DNA of 64,000 nucleotides, taken from IMG/VR virus record IMGVR_UViG_3300048574_000462, positions 1-64,000 of that record. The stretch is one strand, 5' to 3'. The first letter of the stretch is position 1. Each line of letters starts with the position of its first letter. Positions 18,650 through 28,697 of this stretch are shown in pieces. The DNA comes from a virus. The position numbers and the translations under genes are program-made. Below the pieces are notes generated by a model. It saw nothing but the letters and a program-made list of their open reading frames with translations, was not told where the DNA came from and ran no database searches.

Positions 18650-19852
18650 ATGAACCAGATTCTTGCCCTGCGCGAAAAGCGCGCCAAGGCGTGGGACGCC
18701 GCGAAGGCTTTCCTGGATTCCAAGCGCGGCGGCGACGGGATGCTCTCCGCCGAGGATGCCGCCACCTATGACAAGATGGAAGCGGACGTGGTCGCTCTCG
18801 GTCACGAGGTCGAGCGCCTGGAGCGCCAAGCCACCCTGGACCTGGAGCTTTCCCAGCCCACCCGCAACCCCCTGACCGACAAGCCCGGCGCCACCGCCGA
18901 CAAGGGTAAGTCCGGCCGCGCGACCGACGAATACAAGGCCGCCTTCTGGCAGGTCATGCGCAACAAGTCCGTTTCCCACGAGGTGTACAACGCGCTCAAG
19001 ATCGGCCAGGACGATCACGGCGGCTTCCTCGCGCCGGACGAATTCCAGCGCACCCTGATCGAAGCGCTCCAGGAACAGAACATCTTCCGGCAACTCGCCA
19101 AGGTGATCACCACGTCCTCCGGCGACCGGAAGATCCCCGTGGTCGCCTCGAAGGGCACGGCCTCCTGGATCGATGAGGAAGCGGCCTATCCCGAGAGCGA
19201 CGATACCTTCGGGCAGGTGTCCATCGGCGCGTATAAGCTGGCGACCATGATTAAGGTTTCGGAGGAACTGCTCAACGACAGCGTGTTCGACATCTCCGCT
19301 TATATCGCCAAGGAGTTCGCGCGCCGGATCGGCTCCGCCGAGGAAGAAGCGTTCTTCACTGGCAATGGCAGCGGGAAGCCCTTGGGCATCCTGGCCGCCA
19401 CGGGCGGCGCGGAAACCGGCGTCACCGCCGCCAGCGCCACGGCGATTGCCATGGACGAGGTGATGGATCTGTTCTACTCCTTGCGTGCTCCCTACCGGCG
19501 CGGTGCCGTGTTCCTCATGAATGACAGCACGGTAAAGGCTCTCCGGAAGCTCAAAAACGGAAACGGAGACTACATCTGGCAGCCTTCCGTCACGGCCGGC
19601 ACGCCGGACACCATCCTGAACCGCCCGGTGTACACCTCTGCGTTCATGCCCGCCATCGCGGCCGGAGCCAAGTCGATCCTGTTCGGCGACCTGGGCTTCT
19701 ATTGGGTGGCCGACCGCGAGGGACGCGCGTTCAAGCGCCTCAATGAATTGTACGCCGCCACCGGGCAGGTAGGCTTCCTTTCCTCCGAGCGCGTGGACGG
19801 GAAGCTCATTTTGCCCGAGGCCGTGAAAGTGCTCGCGCAAAAGAGCACCTAA
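18650..19852 (+). CDS. HK97-fold major capsid protein
   Basis: Coiled-coil delta domain, GG.L.P.EF, KVSEELLNDS, LRKLK..NG.YIW, FGD, ERVDGK. Confidence 0.95.
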   Translation: MNQILALREKRAKAWDAAKAFLDSKRGGDGMLSAEDAATYDKMEADVVALGHEVERLERQATLDLELSQPTRNPLTDKPGATADKGKSGRATDEYKAAFWQVMRNKSVSHEVYNALKIGQDDHGGFLAPDEFQRTLIEALQEQNIFRQLAKVITTSSGDRKIPVVASKGTASWIDEEAAYPESDDTFGQVSIGAYKLATMIKVSEELLNDSVFDISAYIAKEFARRIGSAEEEAFFTGNGSGKPLGILAATGGAETGVTAASATAIAMDEVMDLFYSLRAPYRRGAVFLMNDSTVKALRKLKNGNGDYIWQPSVTAGTPDTILNRPVYTSAFMPAIAAGAKSILFGDLGFYWVADREGRAFKRLNELYAATGQVGFLSSERVDGKLILPEAVKVLAQKST

Positions 19853-19869
19853 TGTGCCCGTCCGACATG

Positions 19870-19894
19870 GGGCTGCCGCGAAACCGGCAGCCCC
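19870..19894 (+). terminator. Hairpin after major capsid gene
   Basis: GGGCTGCCG-CGAAAC-CGGCAGCCC. Confidence 0.45.
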
Positions 19895-19930
19895 TTCACC
19901 GACTGATCGCAAAATATGGGAGGTATCCAC

Positions 19931-20176
19931 ATGAGCGACTATCAATCAAGGAACTACACTGCCCACGGCGGGCGGGAGACTGTCATCGGTGGAAAACTGA
20001 CGTTCCTGCCCGGCGCAGAGGTCGAAGGGCTGAGCGAAGCGCTTTCTATGCCCAAGCTCGAAACCCAGCCGGCCAGCCATGCGTCAACCGTCGCCGCGCT
20101 GCGCGAGGATTTCAATGCGCTGCTTGGCCGCCTCAAGGCGGCCGGCCTCATGGAAGATGAGGCGGAGGCCGAATGA
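19931..20176 (+). CDS. Head fiber/decoration protein
   Basis: NY..HGG..TVIGG.L, S.VA.LREDFNALL..LK.AGLM. Confidence 0.75.
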   Translation: MSDYQSRNYTAHGGRETVIGGKLTFLPGAEVEGLSEALSMPKLETQPASHASTVAALREDFNALLGRLKAAGLMEDEAEAE

Positions 20177-20457
20177 TCGTCTCCGTCCCTGAACTGAAAG
20201 CCCATCTCCGGGTGCAGCACGACGAGGAAGACGCGCTGCTCGCCTCGCTGATCGCCCAGGCCCAGGCCGCCGCCGAGGACTACTGCCGCGTCCCCTTTCA
20301 GGATGACGCGCCGCAAGCGGTCCGTCTGGCGGTCATCCTCATGGCCTCGCATTTCTACGAGTGCCGGGACAGCGCGGAGAAGGGCGCATACGCCACCATG
20401 ATGGCGGCGTTCCGTGTGCTGCTGTACCCGCACCGTGCCATTGAACAAATGTTTTAA
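20173..20457 (+). CDS. Head-tail connector (gp6-like)
   Basis: ELKAHLRV..DEED.LL..LI..A, AV.L...HFYE.R. Confidence 0.88.
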   Translation: MIVSVPELKAHLRVQHDEEDALLASLIAQAQAAAEDYCRVPFQDDAPQAVRLAVILMASHFYECRDSAEKGAYATMMAAFRVLLYPHRAIEQMF

Positions 20458-20469
20458 GGAGGACGGCCC

Positions 20470-20820
20470 ATGCAACGCAGCATCCCGCATCCGGGCCAGC
20501 TCCGGCACATGATCGAAATCGGGCGCACGGTGAACGCCATCAACGAGAACGGCTACCCCGAGGAAATGGACGAGATTGTCTGCCGGGTATGGGCCGCCGT
20601 CGAGGACGATTCCTCCCGGCGCGCGGTGATCGAGTTTATCGGTCAGGCGGAAACCGCCGAGCGCGGGCTATGCTTCGCCATCCGCTGGCGCGGGGACATC
20701 CTGCCCGGCATGTGGGTGCTGTGGCGGGACGAAAAGCAGACCATTACGAAGCTGGGTGAGTACGACTTCAAGCGCCGGTACCTCAGGCTGACTACGGCGT
20801 CCGTCAAGGGGGTGGCTTGA
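20470..20820 (+). CDS. Head closure / head-tail adaptor protein
   Basis: G.LRH.I.I, VWA.V, F.IRWR.DI...M.V. Confidence 0.8.
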   Translation: MQRSIPHPGQLRHMIEIGRTVNAINENGYPEEMDEIVCRVWAAVEDDSSRRAVIEFIGQAETAERGLCFAIRWRGDILPGMWVLWRDEKQTITKLGEYDFKRRYLRLTTASVKGVA

Positions 20821-21182
20821 TGAAGCGGGTACAGGACGCGCTGAAACCCACTGGCATTCCCGCCTTCCCCGGTATGTGGAAGCCCACCGCCGCGCAGCCG
20901 ACCGCGCCGGCGCAATATCTGGTGTACACCACGATGACCATCGAGGACGAGCATTGGGACGATGCCCTCCGCCGCTATCGCGTCTACGTCTACCTGAACC
21001 TCTGGAGCGACCTTGACCCGACCGACGCCATCCGGGCGGTCCGCGCTGCCCTGCGTACAGCGGCCTTCGCCATGGTGGAGGAAGACGAACGCGCCTCGCC
21101 CGACGAGGAAGCGCGCCAGTATCTCGTCGCCTGGACGTGGGTCTTTTGGTCAGAGCCTGACTCCCAGGAGGAATCCTTATGA
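20820..21182 (+). CDS. Putative tail terminator/completion protein
   Basis: Size, position and YLVY....E..H.DD......YLNLWS pattern. Confidence 0.6.
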   Translation: MKRVQDALKPTGIPAFPGMWKPTAAQPTAPAQYLVYTTMTIEDEHWDDALRRYRVYVYLNLWSDLDPTDAIRAVRAALRTAAFAMVEEDERASPDEEARQYLVAWTWVFWSEPDSQEESL

Positions 21183-21601
21183 GCCTGGAATTCAAAGGCG
21201 GCGCGGAACTGCGCGGGGACATCACGCAAATGGCCGACCTACTCCGAACAGACGAAGGCGGCAGCGCGACTACCAGCCGAATTCTCGAAACCGCCGCCCA
21301 GCCGCTTCTGGACCAGATGATCCAAAACGCCAGTACCGATCCCCGCCCGCGATCCGGCAAGCTGCGAGGCGCGCTCCGGATCAAGAAAGCGTCGAGACGG
21401 CGCGGCGCGCGGGTAACGGTCGGCGTTCATGCCGCAGAGGGCGGCGCCCCGTATGCCCAGCCCGTGGAATTCGGGCATGGCGGCCCACATCCGGCGCCAC
21501 CGCACCCTTTCGTCCGCCCGGCGTTCGACGCGCGCGGCGAGGAAGCCTATGAACTTCTCAAAGATCAACTTCGAGCCGCCCTCGACAAACGGGGGCTGTA
21601 A
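21179..21601 (+). CDS. HK97 gp10-family tail component
   Basis: RSGKLR..L, YA..VEFGH....A.PHPFVRPAFD. Confidence 0.88.
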   Translation: MSLEFKGGAELRGDITQMADLLRTDEGGSATTSRILETAAQPLLDQMIQNASTDPRPRSGKLRGALRIKKASRRRGARVTVGVHAAEGGAPYAQPVEFGHGGPHPAPPHPFVRPAFDARGEEAYELLKDQLRAALDKRGL

Positions 21602-21705
21602 GGGAGTGAAGCGACTAGCGGGGAGGGATTTGAAAAATCACCACCGCGTACCCTGCCTGCGCCTATGGTGCAGGCGGGGCGAAAATGATAATGGAGGGAA
21701 ACGAT

Positions 21706-22317
21706 ATGCCTACGCCTACCGCAGCGCCCGCCGTGTCCAGTACGGTCGGCCTCAAGAACATGGTGCTCGCGCCGCTGACGGCCGACACCGAGGAAAGCAC
21801 CACCTACGACGCCCTGCAAAGGGTGGCCGGCGCCATCGAGGCGTCCATCACACCCGAGAACACCGACCCGGACATTCAATATTACGATGACGCCGAGGGA
21901 GATGTATTGTACCCCGACCCGGAATTATCCTTCAAGACCAAGCTGGCCGACCTGCCGCTGACGATCCAGGAGATGGTTTTCTCCCACAAGATCGATGACA
22001 ACGGCGTGCTGATCCGCACCGCCGCCGACAAGCCCGGCTACTTCGCGGTCGGCTTCATGTCCGAGAAGGCCAGCGGGAAGTACAGGTACGTCTGGCTCTA
22101 CAAGGTGCGCGCCAAGCCGGTCACGGAGAACTACCAGACCAAAGAGGGCAAGACCATCACCCGTCAAACGGGCGAGATCGAGTGGACGGCCATCAAGCGC
22201 ATCAGCGACGGCCGCTATCAGGCCGTGGCCGATGAAGGTGAGAATGGTTTCGACGCCGCGAAGGCCGCCACCTTCCTCGAAAGCGTCTATGTACCGAATT
22301 TTACCGTTGGCCCGTAA
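21706..22317 (+). CDS. Major tail protein (phi13 family-like)
   Basis: VGLKN...A.L, YYDD, YFAVGF.SEK..GKYRYVWLYK. Confidence 0.9.
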   Translation: MPTPTAAPAVSSTVGLKNMVLAPLTADTEESTTYDALQRVAGAIEASITPENTDPDIQYYDDAEGDVLYPDPELSFKTKLADLPLTIQEMVFSHKIDDNGVLIRTAADKPGYFAVGFMSEKASGKYRYVWLYKVRAKPVTENYQTKEGKTITRQTGEIEWTAIKRISDGRYQAVADEGENGFDAAKAATFLESVYVPNFTVGP

Positions 22318-22384
22318 CCGCAACCGGCCCGCCAGGAGCGATCCTCGGCGGGCCTTCTCATGAATTCATAAGGAGGGCATTGCC

Positions 22385-22798
22385 GTGATCACCTGCACCC
22401 TGCGGGACAAGAAATACAGTATTGACTTTGTGTCCGGCCGCGCGCTGCGCGAGATGGAGCCGGCCTCTCAGATGTACGCCAAGGTGGTACATCTGTCCGA
22501 GATGGCCGCGAAAGGCCAGACCATCCCCGAGGACGCGAAGTTTACCGTGGCGGATGCCATGGACACCATGATCCGCTGGTTTTGCATCCTGTTTCAAAAC
22601 CAGTTCTCACCGGATGAGATTCTGGACAACTATCCGGTGGACAGGCTTATGCACGACATCGCGCTGTCGCTCATGGCGGTCCAGGCCCAGGCCACGGATG
22701 TGTTGTCTGATTTCCCTACGAAGGGGGCAACGGACCTTCCGCCAGCGGAGGAAACGACGGTGGAAGCGACGGAGGCGACGCCGACGCCGGCCCCCTGA
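22385..22798 (+). CDS. Tail assembly chaperone (gpG-like)
   Basis: Position between major tail and tape measure genes; contains slippery T-TTC-CCT at 22711-22717. Confidence 0.8.
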   Translation: MITCTLRDKKYSIDFVSGRALREMEPASQMYAKVVHLSEMAAKGQTIPEDAKFTVADAMDTMIRWFCILFQNQFSPDEILDNYPVDRLMHDIALSLMAVQAQATDVLSDFPTKGATDLPPAEETTVEATEATPTPAP

Positions 22799-22983
22799 CG
22801 TTGCCCGAATACGTCTATTCCACCTACAACGCGCTGATGGAATCCGGCTGGCGTTTTCATGAAATCGACCAGATGGACATGATCGGATTCTTGAAAATCC
22901 GAGCCTGGAGCGCCCGGCGCGAGCAAAAAAAGAAAGAGCCGAAGCGGGCCTTCATCGACGAGGTGTGGCCCGGCCTGAAATAG
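22711..22983 (+). CDS. Tail assembly chaperone -1 frameshift extension (gpT-like)
   Basis: -1 frame opens exactly at the heptamer (TGA at 22708-22710) and stays open to 22983; GW..HEID.MD motif. Confidence 0.75.
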   Translation, partial: FPYEGGNGPSASGGNDGGSDGGDADAGPLTLPEYVYSTYNALMESGWRFHEIDQMDMIGFLKIRAWSARREQKKKEPKRAFIDEVWPGLK

Positions 22984-23032
22984 CGCCTTCATCCGAGGGC
23001 GCTTTCATTTTGCCGGAAAGGAGGCGAATCTC

Positions 23033-26000
23033 TTGAGCGAAGTGCTGCGCGACCTTGTGGTGTCGCTCTCTTTGGACAGCGACAATTTCTCCCGGAATCT
23101 GACCTCAATCAACAAGCAGATTCTAGAGGCCGAGAGCCGGTTCAAGAAGGCTGCCTCCGGCGTGAGCAATTTCGAGAAATCCGCCTCCGGCGCGCGGGCC
23201 GAGCTGGATACGCTGACGCAGAAGCTCTCGCTCCAGCAAAAGGCGGTCACGCAGTACGAGCGGGCGTTGGAAGCCGCGAACAAAAAGCTGGAAACCGCCC
23301 ACGCCAAGCAGGGCAAGCTCTTCACGTCGCTCAAGGAAGCCTCCGACCGGAATACCGACCTCAAGGCGAAGGTCGCCGCCGCGTCCAAACAGTATGAGGT
23401 TTTCCAACGCGAGCTGGGAGATTCCGATTCCGCCACCATCGCCGCCAAGGCCAACCTGGACGCGCTGTCACAGGAATACGCCGATTCCTCCGCCGAGGTC
23501 AAAAAGCTGGAGGGTCAGCTCGCCGCCAACACCAAGAGCCTCCAGAACAACGCCGACGCCGTAACCAAGGCGCGGACGGGCCTCAATCAGGCGCAGGCGG
23601 CGCTCAAGCAGACCGAGGCGCAGATCAAGTCCACCACCGACCGCCTCGCGCGGATGCAGTCCGCGTGGACGAAGGCCGGCGACACGCTGACCGTCTTCGG
23701 GACCAAGTGCGCGGCGGTCAGCGCCGCCCTCTCCAAGACCGGTAAGGCCATGACCACCATGATCACCACGCCTGTGCTGGCGCTGGGAGCGGCGGCCATC
23801 AAGGCGTCCGTGGATTATGAGAGCGCGTTCGCGTCCGTCCGCAAGACTGTGGATGCCACCGAAGCCGAATATGAGCGGCTGTCCGATTCCGTAAAGCAGA
23901 TGAGCACGGAAGTCGCCACTTCCTCCGGCACCATCGCGGAGGTCATGGCGAACGCCGGGCAGCTCGGCATCCAGAACGACTATCTGGTGTCCTTCACCAG
24001 GACCATGATCGACCTCGGGAATTCGACGGACCTCGCGGCCGGGGAGGCCGCCACCGCCATCGCGCAGTTTGCCAACGTGACGAACATGGCGCAGACGGAG
24101 TTCTCGAATTTCGGCTCGTCGCTGGTCGATCTCGGGAACAATTTCGCCACCACCGAGAGCGCCATCATGAACATGTCCACGCGTCTGGCGGCGGCCGGCT
24201 CGCAGGTGGGTCTTTCGCAGTCGCAGATTTTGGGCTTCGCCACGGCGCTATCGTCCGTAGGTCTGGAAGCCGAAGCAGGCGGCACCGCGTTCAGCAAAGC
24301 AATGATCCAGATGCAGGTGGCCGTGGAGACCGGCAACGACAGCCTCAAGGATTTTGCGCGGGTTTCCGGGATGACGGTGCAGGGCTTCAAGGACCTGTGG
24401 AAATCCGACCCGGCCGGCGCCATCCAGGCGTTCATCGTGGGGCTTTCGCAGATGAACGAACAGGGCGTTTCCTCCATCGTCACGCTGGAGGAAATGGGCT
24501 TCTCCGAGGTGCGTTTGAGGGACACCCTCATGCGCGCCACCAACGCCACGAAGCTGTTTTCCTCCGCGCAGCAGAGGGCCAACCGCGCGTGGAAGGAAAA
24601 CACTGCCCTCTCCAATGAGGCTGCGAAGCGCTACGCTACCACGGAATCCCGGCTGAAAAACCTCAAGAATACCGCCGTGCTGTTCGCGCAGCGCGTGGGT
24701 GATGACCTGAACCCTACCATTCAGAAGCTGATCGACGGCGCAAACGGATTGCTTGAGAAATTCATGTCCCTTGACGAAGGCCAGCGGATGATGATTATCA
24801 AGCTGGCCGCGCTCGCGGCGGCAGCAGGCCCGGCCATCCTCGCGTTCTCCAAGATCATCAAGGCTGTGGGTCAGGTTTCCACCGCCTTCGGAAAATTCTC
24901 CACCGCCGTTGGTGTGGCGGGCGGCGGCTGGAAGGGCTTTCTGTCGGTGATGGGCAAGTCGCCCATGGTCTGGCTGGCTGTGGCCGCCGCCGTGGTGGTC
25001 GCCACAAAAGCGCTGTACGATTACGCCACCGGCGCGAAGGAAGCCCGCGATGCGCTGGAAGGTATGAACAAGACCGCCGACGCCTGGGCGAATCATGCCA
25101 CCAGCACCATTTACGACAATGAGGGCCTTTCCGCGCTTGGGCTGTCCAAAGAGGACTTTACCGGCCCGACCCGAAGCGCGAAAGCATGGAAGGAGGGCCT
25201 CGTCAAGGTCTGGTCGGATGGCAAGAAGGAAACCGCCGCCATCGTCACCGAATGGACGGATTCCTTCAAAGCGCTGAACGCCGGCATGGCGGAGAGCCTC
25301 GAAAAGCTGAAATCCGACGCGACTGCCACCGGGCATACCGATGTGGCCTCCAGCATCCAGAAGGACATCGACGCGCTGGCCGCCATGGACAGCGAAGTCG
25401 AAAAGCTGCTCAAGAAACGAAAGAACGGCACCCTCTCCAAAAAGGATAAGCTGCGGCTGGACGAACTGATCGACGCCCGCGAAGCCATTCAGGTGAAGTA
25501 CAACCTCGTGCCGGATGTGGGCGGCGGGTATGACGCCATCCTCCAGCAGATCGAGATTGAAAAGGCCAAGGCCCAGGCGCGCGGCCAGAAAACCGTGGAC
25601 GCCTCTGTGTACGAAACCGGCCTGAAAGCCTCCGCCGAGGGGTATTCCGCCGTGACCGGCGCGATCAACGAGCGGTACGACGCCGAATACAAGGTCATTC
25701 AGCTCATAGAGGATGAAGGCGCGCGCGCCAAAGCCCAAGCGACGCTGGACGAGCAGTACAACGCCGAGCGTAAGGCCGCCGCCCAGGAATACGCCGACGC
25801 GCTCAAAAAGATCGTCATGCCGGTGTGGGACGAGGAAGGCATCCAGAAGGCCGGCGCCGATATGGACAAGCTCATGGCGCTGTTCCGGGAGTATTCCACC
25901 ATCGGCGGGGACGGGTATCAGGACCCGGCGCTGCTGACCGAGATGGAAAAGCTCACCGAGGGCATGAATCAGGACGATATTCTCTCCTACATCGGCATGT

Positions 26001-27937
26001 TGCAGCAGGTGCAATCCCTTCTGGATGGCGGCATGTCGGAGGGCGAAGTCCAGGCGATGTTCCCGGAGTTGGATTTCTCCAAGAATCTCGACGAACTGGC
26101 GGCGCTGGCGGACTTCGCGTCCCAGCGCTCCGGCGAGTTGGAGGGCCTCTCGAAAATCCTCAACGACATCATCCCCGAGGAAATGCAGACGCTGAGCATT
26201 GACCTCGACCTGGAGCCTGCGAAGGCGCGCTGGGCCGAATTCGCGACCAATCCCGGCGCGATCACCACCGACGCCGTGATCGGGAACTACACCCAAGGGG
26301 AAACCGCTGTGGTTCCCCAGCCCCTCGTGGACGCGCTCGTTTCTTCCTATAAAGAAATCGAGGATGGCGCGTCGAAGGTACAACTTTCCCCCAGCGACGT
26401 GGTGGCAGAAGTCACCTCGTACTTGCAGGCGGAGGGATACGACATCTCCGCGCTCAAACCGGAACAGGTGAAGGCCCTCGTGGACGCCTATTCCGAGGCT
26501 ACCGGCTGCGACAAATCTGCGCTCATGCAGGGTTTCACCGCGACCATCGCCGCTTACGACGATACGGGCGCTGTCAAGCCCACCCTGAGCCTCAAGGTTT
26601 CCATCACCGGGTACGACCTCGCCGCGTACAACGAGTTCGTGACCAACAACCCCGTGGAGGTCGCAGGCCGCGTCCGGCTCGGCGAGATGTACCAAAATCC
26701 CACGGATGTGCTCAACGAACCCAAGGCGAGCTTCTACATGGACGGCAAGCAGGTTCCGGTGGAGGTCGTGCCCAAGGAAAAGCTCACCGCCGATACCCTA
26801 TTTGTCTACGGCGCGGACGGCACGATGCACGTCTTGATCACGCCGGAGGTACAAGGGACGGAAGAATCCGTGCAGGCGGCAGCCGACCTTCTGAAATCCA
26901 CGGAGCACCAAGGCTCGCTCGGCGCGAAATGGTTCGGTGACGATACGCTTGCCGATGTCCAGCGCTTGAGTGAGTACCTGACCGGCATCAACAACGAGAT
27001 GAACTCGTTTTTGAACATTGGCGGGTGGATGAACGGCTGGGACCGGAGCGCGGCGGCGGGCACGATCTCGAATTACCTGGACGCCACGGAAATCGGGAAC
27101 ATTCAGGCCGTGGTGAACGAGGCCATTACCGCGCTGAACAACGGCGAGACGCTGTCGGCGGACGTGATCGCCAACCTCCAGGAGATCTCCAATCTGGTCA
27201 GCCTCATGGATTCCATCGGCGTCGGCGAGAACATCCTGGCGGGCATCGCCGAGGGCATGACCACGGCCGGCACCGACACCTCGGCGGAGACGGTGGCTGC
27301 CAACCTCGAAGCGGCGCTGAATTCCGCGCTGGGCATCCAATCGCCCTCCACCCGTATGAAGCCGGTGGGCGAAAACGTCGCGGCCGGCGTCGGCGAGGGC
27401 ATGAAGGGCTACGACATGACCGGAGCGGCTTCCGCCGTTGCCGCCAGCGCGACCTCCGCGCTGACCTCCGCCCTGGCCCGGCCGCAATTCGTGACCATCG
27501 GCCGGAACGCCATGCTGGGCCTGGGCCTCGGTATCCTCTCCGGGCGGGCGTTCGTGGTCGCTGCGATCCGAACCGTGGCCCGCGCCGCCGTGCTCGCCGC
27601 GAAGGCGGAGCTGAAAATCAGCTCACCCTCCGGTGTGTTCCGAGACGAGGTGGGCCGGATGGCGATCAAGGGCCTCGGCCAGGGTGCGCTGCTGGAGAGC
27701 AAAACGCAGGCCAAGGTGATCCAGAATGCCGCCCGGTACCTGACCGGCGCGGCGCAGGCCGGCGTGGGCGGCAGCTTCTCCTATGACAATCGCAGGACCT
27801 ATAACCAGAACGCCACCTCTACCATCCGTGTGGAGAAGCTCTACATCCGCGACGAGCAGGACATCCGCTCGCTGGCCATTGAGATCGCCTCGCTGACCAG
27901 ACGCCAGCAGCGCGGGAAGGGATTGAGGATGGCGTAA
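23033..27937 (+). CDS. Tape measure protein
   Basis: 1634 aa, Ala-rich helical; TP901-type core (ESAFASVRKTVD, AEAGGTAFS); two I.SPS motifs. Confidence 0.95.
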   Translation: MSEVLRDLVVSLSLDSDNFSRNLTSINKQILEAESRFKKAASGVSNFEKSASGARAELDTLTQKLSLQQKAVTQYERALEAANKKLETAHAKQGKLFTSLKEASDRNTDLKAKVAAASKQYEVFQRELGDSDSATIAAKANLDALSQEYADSSAEVKKLEGQLAANTKSLQNNADAVTKARTGLNQAQAALKQTEAQIKSTTDRLARMQSAWTKAGDTLTVFGTKCAAVSAALSKTGKAMTTMITTPVLALGAAAIKASVDYESAFASVRKTVDATEAEYERLSDSVKQMSTEVATSSGTIAEVMANAGQLGIQNDYLVSFTRTMIDLGNSTDLAAGEAATAIAQFANVTNMAQTEFSNFGSSLVDLGNNFATTESAIMNMSTRLAAAGSQVGLSQSQILGFATALSSVGLEAEAGGTAFSKAMIQMQVAVETGNDSLKDFARVSGMTVQGFKDLWKSDPAGAIQAFIVGLSQMNEQGVSSIVTLEEMGFSEVRLRDTLMRATNATKLFSSAQQRANRAWKENTALSNEAAKRYATTESRLKNLKNTAVLFAQRVGDDLNPTIQKLIDGANGLLEKFMSLDEGQRMMIIKLAALAAAAGPAILAFSKIIKAVGQVSTAFGKFSTAVGVAGGGWKGFLSVMGKSPMVWLAVAAAVVVATKALYDYATGAKEARDALEGMNKTADAWANHATSTIYDNEGLSALGLSKEDFTGPTRSAKAWKEGLVKVWSDGKKETAAIVTEWTDSFKALNAGMAESLEKLKSDATATGHTDVASSIQKDIDALAAMDSEVEKLLKKRKNGTLSKKDKLRLDELIDAREAIQVKYNLVPDVGGGYDAILQQIEIEKAKAQARGQKTVDASVYETGLKASAEGYSAVTGAINERYDAEYKVIQLIEDEGARAKAQATLDEQYNAERKAAAQEYADALKKIVMPVWDEEGIQKAGADMDKLMALFREYSTIGGDGYQDPALLTEMEKLTEGMNQDDILSYIGMLQQVQSLLDGGMSEGEVQAMFPELDFSKNLDELAALADFASQRSGELEGLSKILNDIIPEEMQTLSIDLDLEPAKARWAEFATNPGAITTDAVIGNYTQGETAVVPQPLVDALVSSYKEIEDGASKVQLSPSDVVAEVTSYLQAEGYDISALKPEQVKALVDAYSEATGCDKSALMQGFTATIAAYDDTGAVKPTLSLKVSITGYDLAAYNEFVTNNPVEVAGRVRLGEMYQNPTDVLNEPKASFYMDGKQVPVEVVPKEKLTADTLFVYGADGTMHVLITPEVQGTEESVQAAADLLKSTEHQGSLGAKWFGDDTLADVQRLSEYLTGINNEMNSFLNIGGWMNGWDRSAAAGTISNYLDATEIGNIQAVVNEAITALNNGETLSADVIANLQEISNLVSLMDSIGVGENILAGIAEGMTTAGTDTSAETVAANLEAALNSALGIQSPSTRMKPVGENVAAGVGEGMKGYDMTGAASAVAASATSALTSALARPQFVTIGRNAMLGLGLGILSGRAFVVAAIRTVARAAVLAAKAELKISSPSGVFRDEVGRMAIKGLGQGALLESKTQAKVIQNAARYLTGAAQAGVGGSFSYDNRRTYNQNATSTIRVEKLYIRDEQDIRSLAIEIASLTRRQQRGKGLRMA

Positions 27938-27988
27938 GCGTCGCCCGAAAGGCAGGCGCTATTCTTTTGCGCGGGAGGTGATACACGG

Positions 27989-28690
27989 ATGAACGACTGG
28001 TTTGAATGGAACGGCGAACGCTGCACGGCACATGGCATCCATATCACCGAGCAGCCCAGCGTGATCCGCGCCTCGGAGCGGGCGACGTTCACCAACGTAC
28101 CCGGCCGGAGCGGCTCGCTGACCACGCTGGAGGCCGACGATGTATACGACGATTTTATCCTGCCCGTGGAATGTGCCGTTGCCGACCTGAGCCGAATCTC
28201 TGAAATTGGCGGCTGGCTCAAGGGCGCGGGTACGCTGGCGCTGGCCTCCCGTCCGGGAGGCTTTTACTATGCCCGCGTCTCCAACCAGATCGAGTTCGTG
28301 AAGGTGCTGCGCAACCATCCCAACCGCACCTTCACGGTGAATTTCCGCTGCCAGCCCTTTTGGTACGTACAGGGTGTTTTGCCCATTACGCTGACAACCT
28401 CAGGCAGCGCCATTACAAACCTCGGCAACGTCTTTTCGGAGCCGGTGATCATCGTCTATGGCTCCGGCGACATCACGATCATGGTGGGGCTGTGCATCGT
28501 GGAGCTTGAGGGCATCTCCGGAAGCATCACGCTGGATACGCCGCTCATGGAGGCGTACTCCGGTACCACGTCCATGAACGACAACATGAGCGGCGATTTC
28601 CCAACGCTCGCACCGGGCATGAACGCCGTGAGCTGGTCGGGTACTGTGACCAAAATCGAGGTCCGTCCGAACTGGCGCTATCTCGGCTGA
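27989..28690 (+). CDS. Distal tail protein (Dit)
   Basis: F.WNG, VPGRSGSL, F.CQPF.Y, G.FP.L.PG.N, WRYL. Confidence 0.88.
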   Translation: MNDWFEWNGERCTAHGIHITEQPSVIRASERATFTNVPGRSGSLTTLEADDVYDDFILPVECAVADLSRISEIGGWLKGAGTLALASRPGGFYYARVSNQIEFVKVLRNHPNRTFTVNFRCQPFWYVQGVLPITLTTSGSAITNLGNVFSEPVIIVYGSGDITIMVGLCIVELEGISGSITLDTPLMEAYSGTTSMNDNMSGDFPTLAPGMNAVSWSGTVTKIEVRPNWRYLG

Positions 28691-28697
28691 AAGGAGA

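Noticed and set aside
19852-20160. ORF overlapping the capsid stop as a capsid extension or real gene
   Set aside because: No slippery site noticed, and it overlaps the better supported head-fibre gene in another frame
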